NCBI RefSeq assembly: GCF_035084215.1
Contig: NC_090356.1
Span: 18,786,001 to 18,850,000, forward strand
Source: Heptranchias perlo
Lineage: Eukaryota
Reading direction: 5' to 3'
DNA length: 64,000 bases
Position 1 is the stretch's first letter, and every line of letters begins with the position of its first letter. Made by a program: the position numbers and the translations under genes. Below the pieces are notes generated by a model. It ran no database searches. It had not been told where the DNA came from and was given only the letters and a program-made list of their open reading frames with translations. Positions 60,181 through 64,000 of the stretch are shown here, piece by piece.

Positions 60181-61392
60181 TCGAAGTATTGTTGAGACTG
60201 TTTCAGTTCTTTCAGGACTGAACTATTGTTGAGACTGTGTTTGCTCTGTTGGAACTGATGTGATGAATTGGTGTAAGTCTGGAGGATGCGTGATATCACA
60301 GGGCACGGTCACCCTGAATCTCCCTGATAATATTCACTGGAGTCTTTGATGCATGAACTAGGAGCAACTGTTGTTCACACACCTGGTCACAAGGCCTGAA
60401 AATTAATTCTTCATTTGTGATATTAAAAGTTATTTGTCATTGTGCTATGTATCCCTCACGCGGGTAGACAGCAATGGGAGGAACTCTGGGTTACAGCTGA
60501 TGAGCAGAGAAGTAAACTGAGCCAGTTGGCATATACGTCCTGGCTGTGAGCACAGTTCCTCAGTATGGCCAATCACAATTAATGGTTTGGAAACCTGAGA
60601 ATCCCCGAATGAAATCGAACCTCCTGTTCAGTGTCATTTGGGACATGAGGCGCGTACCATGTGATCTTTCAGTACCTGTGATCTTTTTCAAAATGTTTTT
60701 TTTTAAATACACCGCAATACTTTTTATAATTCACCAATTTTTACACAGCGTGTTGCTACGATCTGGAATGTACTGCCTGAAAGGGTGGTGGAAGCAGATT
60801 AAATAGTACCTTTCAAAAGGGAATTGGATATAGACTTGAAAATGAAAGATTTGCAGAGACACAGGAGCTGCTGGGCACCTGTGGGGTTAATGGAGTCAGG
60901 AGTGAAGGGGAGAAAACTGGAAGAAAAGGAAATCCTGGTATGCATTGTCTGGCATGATCTAGATTGATAATAAATCTTTAACAAGCTCTGCTGTTGTGCA
61001 CTGGCTCGGTGTAAAAACTTGCCAGCCTGAAGCCTCTTGCGTGACATCCAATTCTGGCCAGGGTGTTGATCTGTGGGATTTAATTCAAAACCACTTTCTA
61101 TCATTACTGTCAGTGGAGGAGCTCCCCATAAAACGAGGAGAGATGGATAGTCGCAAACATTGGGGATGAGGGAGAAACGATTAAAAACACAAATAGCCCC
61201 TGGCAGGTGGGAAGTTTGTTATTTTTTTCCCAATATGGACCATGGGGCAGGGGTGCATTTATAGTAAAAGTGCTCCTCCCACCATAAATGTTCACCTTTA
61301 TGAAAATGAACCAGGCTGTGGCCCAGCAATTCTGACCTGAACCTGTTTTATTATTTTTGATAGCCATGGAGGAAATATACAGCCAGTCAGTC

Positions 61393-61808
61393 AGCTGTGG
61401 CTCACTCAATAGATAACACTCTTGCCTCTGAGTCAGAAGGTTGTGGGTTCAAGTCCCACTCCAGAAACTTGAGCACAAAATCCAGGCTGACACTCCAGTG
61501 TAGTACTGAGGGAGTGCTGCACTGTGGGAGGTGCTGTCTTTTGGATGAGACATTAAACAGAGGCCCCATCTGCCCTCTCAGGTGGACGTGAAAGAGCCCA
61601 TGGTACTATTTTGAAATAGAGCAGCGGAATTATCCCTCAAATAACACCACTAAAACAGATTATCTGGTTATTATCACTTTGCTGTTTGTGGGAGCTTGCT
61701 GTGCGCAAATTGGCTGCCACGTTTCCTACATTACATAACAGTGACCACACTTCAAAAAGTACTTCATTGGCAGTGAAGTGCTTTGGGACGTCCTGAGGTC
61801 GTGAAAGG
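61393..61808 (+). mobile_element. Deu-domain SINE (SacSINE1-like), full length; tail interrupted by another SINE
   Basis: tRNA-like head gggttcaagtcccactcc, Deu domain ggatgagacattaaacagaggcccc, tail gtgaagtgctttgggacgtcctgaggtcgtgaaagg. Confidence 0.9.
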
Positions 61809-62250
61809 GTATGGTAGCATAGTGGTTATGTTACTGGGCTAGTAATCCAGAGGCCTGGACTAAAATCCAGAGTCATGAGTTCAAATCCTGCCATGGCAGC
61901 TGGCAAATTTAAATTCAATTAATTAATTAAATTCAATTAATTAAATAAAAATCTGGAATTAAAATACTAGTATCAGTAATGATGGCTGTGAAACTACCGG
62001 ATTGTTGTAAAAACCCTTAGGGAAGGTAGCCTGCTGCCCTGACCTGGTCTGGCCTATATATGTGACTCCAGACCCACAGCAATGTGGTTGATTCTTAATT
62101 GCCCTCTGAAATGGCCTAGCAAGCCACTCAGTTGTAAAATCTCGCTCAAGAAGGCGGCTCACCACCACCTTCTCAAGGGCAATTAGGGATGGGCAATAAA
62201 TGCCGGCCTTGCCAGCGACACCCACATCCTGTGAACGAATAAAAAAAAAT
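61808..62250 (+). mobile_element. Younger tRNA-derived SINE with a LINE-type tail and poly(A)
   Basis: A box tagcatagtgg, B box gagttcaaatcc, tail gggcaattagggatgggcaataaatgccggcc...gaataaaaaaaaa. Confidence 0.82.
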
Positions 62251-63069
62251 GCAAGTCTTTCTTTCAGCGTCCAAAAGAGGAACAACAGACTTTTATGGCA
62301 GGTGTAGACTCGATAACTGCTGCAAGCTGCGGCTCTTGAGCATGAAATTACCTCCGAACAGAGTTCGATACGATCTGCTTCATCTCTGTGTAGCTTTGTT
62401 GCAGCCGGGACAACTACTGGAGGTGGACAGTGATGTCCGTGTCGCTATGGGGAAGGGCACGTGGGCCCCTCTCTCCCATCTCCAAGCAACGATTACAGAA
62501 AAGGGAGCAAAGCTCATGGTAGCATCCTCCACGGAGGATGCTTTGGGGTTCAGAGAATCCAAAGCGGAGAAGATAATTTAAAAAAATAATTTTAAAACAT
62601 TAATCCAGTTGTTCAGTTCATAGCTGCAAACTTTTAGTGTCTAGTTCTCATCAGATTTTTGGAGAATGTTAAGCTATACCATGTAAACATGGTGCCATAT
62701 GAAGTCTCCGAGGGTATTTTAGGCCACCTGATGGTAGCAGCAAGTGCTGCAGGTGGCAGGAAGCAAGGAACATTTGGCATAGAGTTACCACGGAGACGGA
62801 CGCATGCAGTTGCTAGGAGGAAATGAAAGTCACGCCTGCAGAGTGTCTGCTGGGTCCTAGAACCTGTATGAACACAAGTGGAAATTGAACGCAGACCACA
62901 GGAGGCTCCAGTTATCGTGCGTTTCAGAGGCCCTGGTAATTTGACTGCCTCCACAGCCACCGCTGCTCTGTAATGCGTTCTGCTGTCAGTCTCCAAGTAC
63001 ATTCATGCTTTTCTGCGTGTTATTTTCTGGTTCTGACTCCCTCTTTTCCACGTTTTTTTCTAACCAATT

Positions 63070-63435
63070 TTCCCCCATGTCGCTTGGAAGGTGCTGCCTT
63101 GTGCTGGAGTACAGGTTCCACCGGCCCTTTGGTACACTACACAAATATGTGAGCCAAGACAGCGAGTATCAGTTGGGTATTCAATCGTGGGGGTTATCAC
63201 AGCCAAATTCCACTAAGTACTCACCCGACACCCAGACACACACCTTCCAGCAGGCGGCACTAGGTAGTGATCACCGGCAGGAACCTCGTCTGATTTAGTC
63301 CCTTCTCTAACCCGGGGTATTGAGGTCAATTGTAGTTGTCAGCTAACTCAGCACAGACCCGGGATGGAATCTTCCTGGTCTGTATAGCTCAGTACCAAAT
63401 AAGGAGTGCATTTATAAACTGAACCATTAGAACAG
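63070..63435 (-). mobile_element. Family-X SINE
   Basis: gtacaggttccacc...ttccagcagg...cagctaactcagcacagacc...cttcctggtctgtatagctcagtacca. Confidence 0.7.
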
Positions 63436-64000
63436 CTACATTCAGACCATTTGGTTCTACGTTCAACTAGAGTGGTGCAGCTGTGCATAAAGAGCAAACG
63501 CCTTGTTTCAAGGCCTGCTGTCTGTGCTACGGTGCCTAGACTCCTACCATGTAATGTTAGAAAAATCTGTGATGGTCTAGATTGTGTGGGGAAGGAATTT
63601 CTATGTCTGGTCAAGCGTCTGTTCCATTGTCGCCTACGTTCCCTTGGTGTCTCATTGGGTGGGGATCTGTGTATGGGGGCCTCAGCGGGTAAGTACAATC
63701 ACAGGCTATTGGTACCTGTGATTGTACTTACCCGCTGTGCTTGGGTGAAATAATTTCTAAACTTTTCACATCAATAAATCTACAAACCACCTGAATGCTC
63801 ATCAGACATTTAATCTGCATATCAATGGCCATCATCCGACAGACTCAGACACTAGGACCCTGCAGACTCCAGGAGGAGGGATCTTGTGTCTCCTCCAGAT
63901 CCTCCCAGTGTCTGTCACATGGACGCTGTGTTTGGGGGGGATTTAAATTAATCCCGGGTCTGACTGCTGTGAGGTGGAAAAAAGCAACAGATTTGAGGAC

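Noticed and set aside
61393-61470. tRNA-like A/B boxes (also at other SINE heads)
   Set aside because: They continue into SINE bodies and do not form a complete cloverleaf, so they are not tRNA genes.
63451-63753. 100-aa ORF containing a strong donor-like CGG|GTAAGT near 63688
   Set aside because: No recognisable homology, acceptor or promoter. A single donor match is expected by chance.
52200-64000. U1 snRNA or tRNA genes, or CROCC coding exons, expected from mammalian synteny
   Set aside because: I found no U1 5' sequence (ATACTTACCTGG) and no recognisable coiled-coil exon by eye.

Overview
Vertebrate genomic DNA. The repeat content (Deu-domain SacSINE1-type SINEs, CR1, L2, Penelope-type and Tx1 remnants) points to a cartilaginous fish, probably a shark. 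Three spliced protein-coding genes can be rebuilt from GT-AG junctions with consistent phases. (1) The 5' part of ZBTB17/MIZ-1 on the minus strand: six coding exons from 4972 down to 857, covering the BTB domain, acidic linker and first two zinc fingers, and continuing off the left edge. (2) Complete SZRD1 on the plus strand: 4 exons, 12349-27234, 150 aa. (3) Complete NECAP2 on the plus strand: 8 exons, 37319-51193, 269 aa. ZBTB17 and SZRD1 sit head-to-head on one NRF1/YY1-rich CpG island. The most notable non-coding observations are: four closely spaced miR-128/miR-27 seed sites just after the SZRD1 stop; a MIZ-1-like motif at the ZBTB17 start region; a 46-bp ZNF143/CCAAT tandem repeat forming the NECAP2 promoter; a possible stop-containing alternative acceptor that would give a BTB-only MIZ-1; minimal hammerhead cores in Penelope-type remnants; LF-SINE-like fragments; and RFX X-box-like elements downstream of NECAP2. 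I found no unambiguous new protein-coding system. Repeat boundaries are approximate, and family names and consensus motifs are recalled, not searched.
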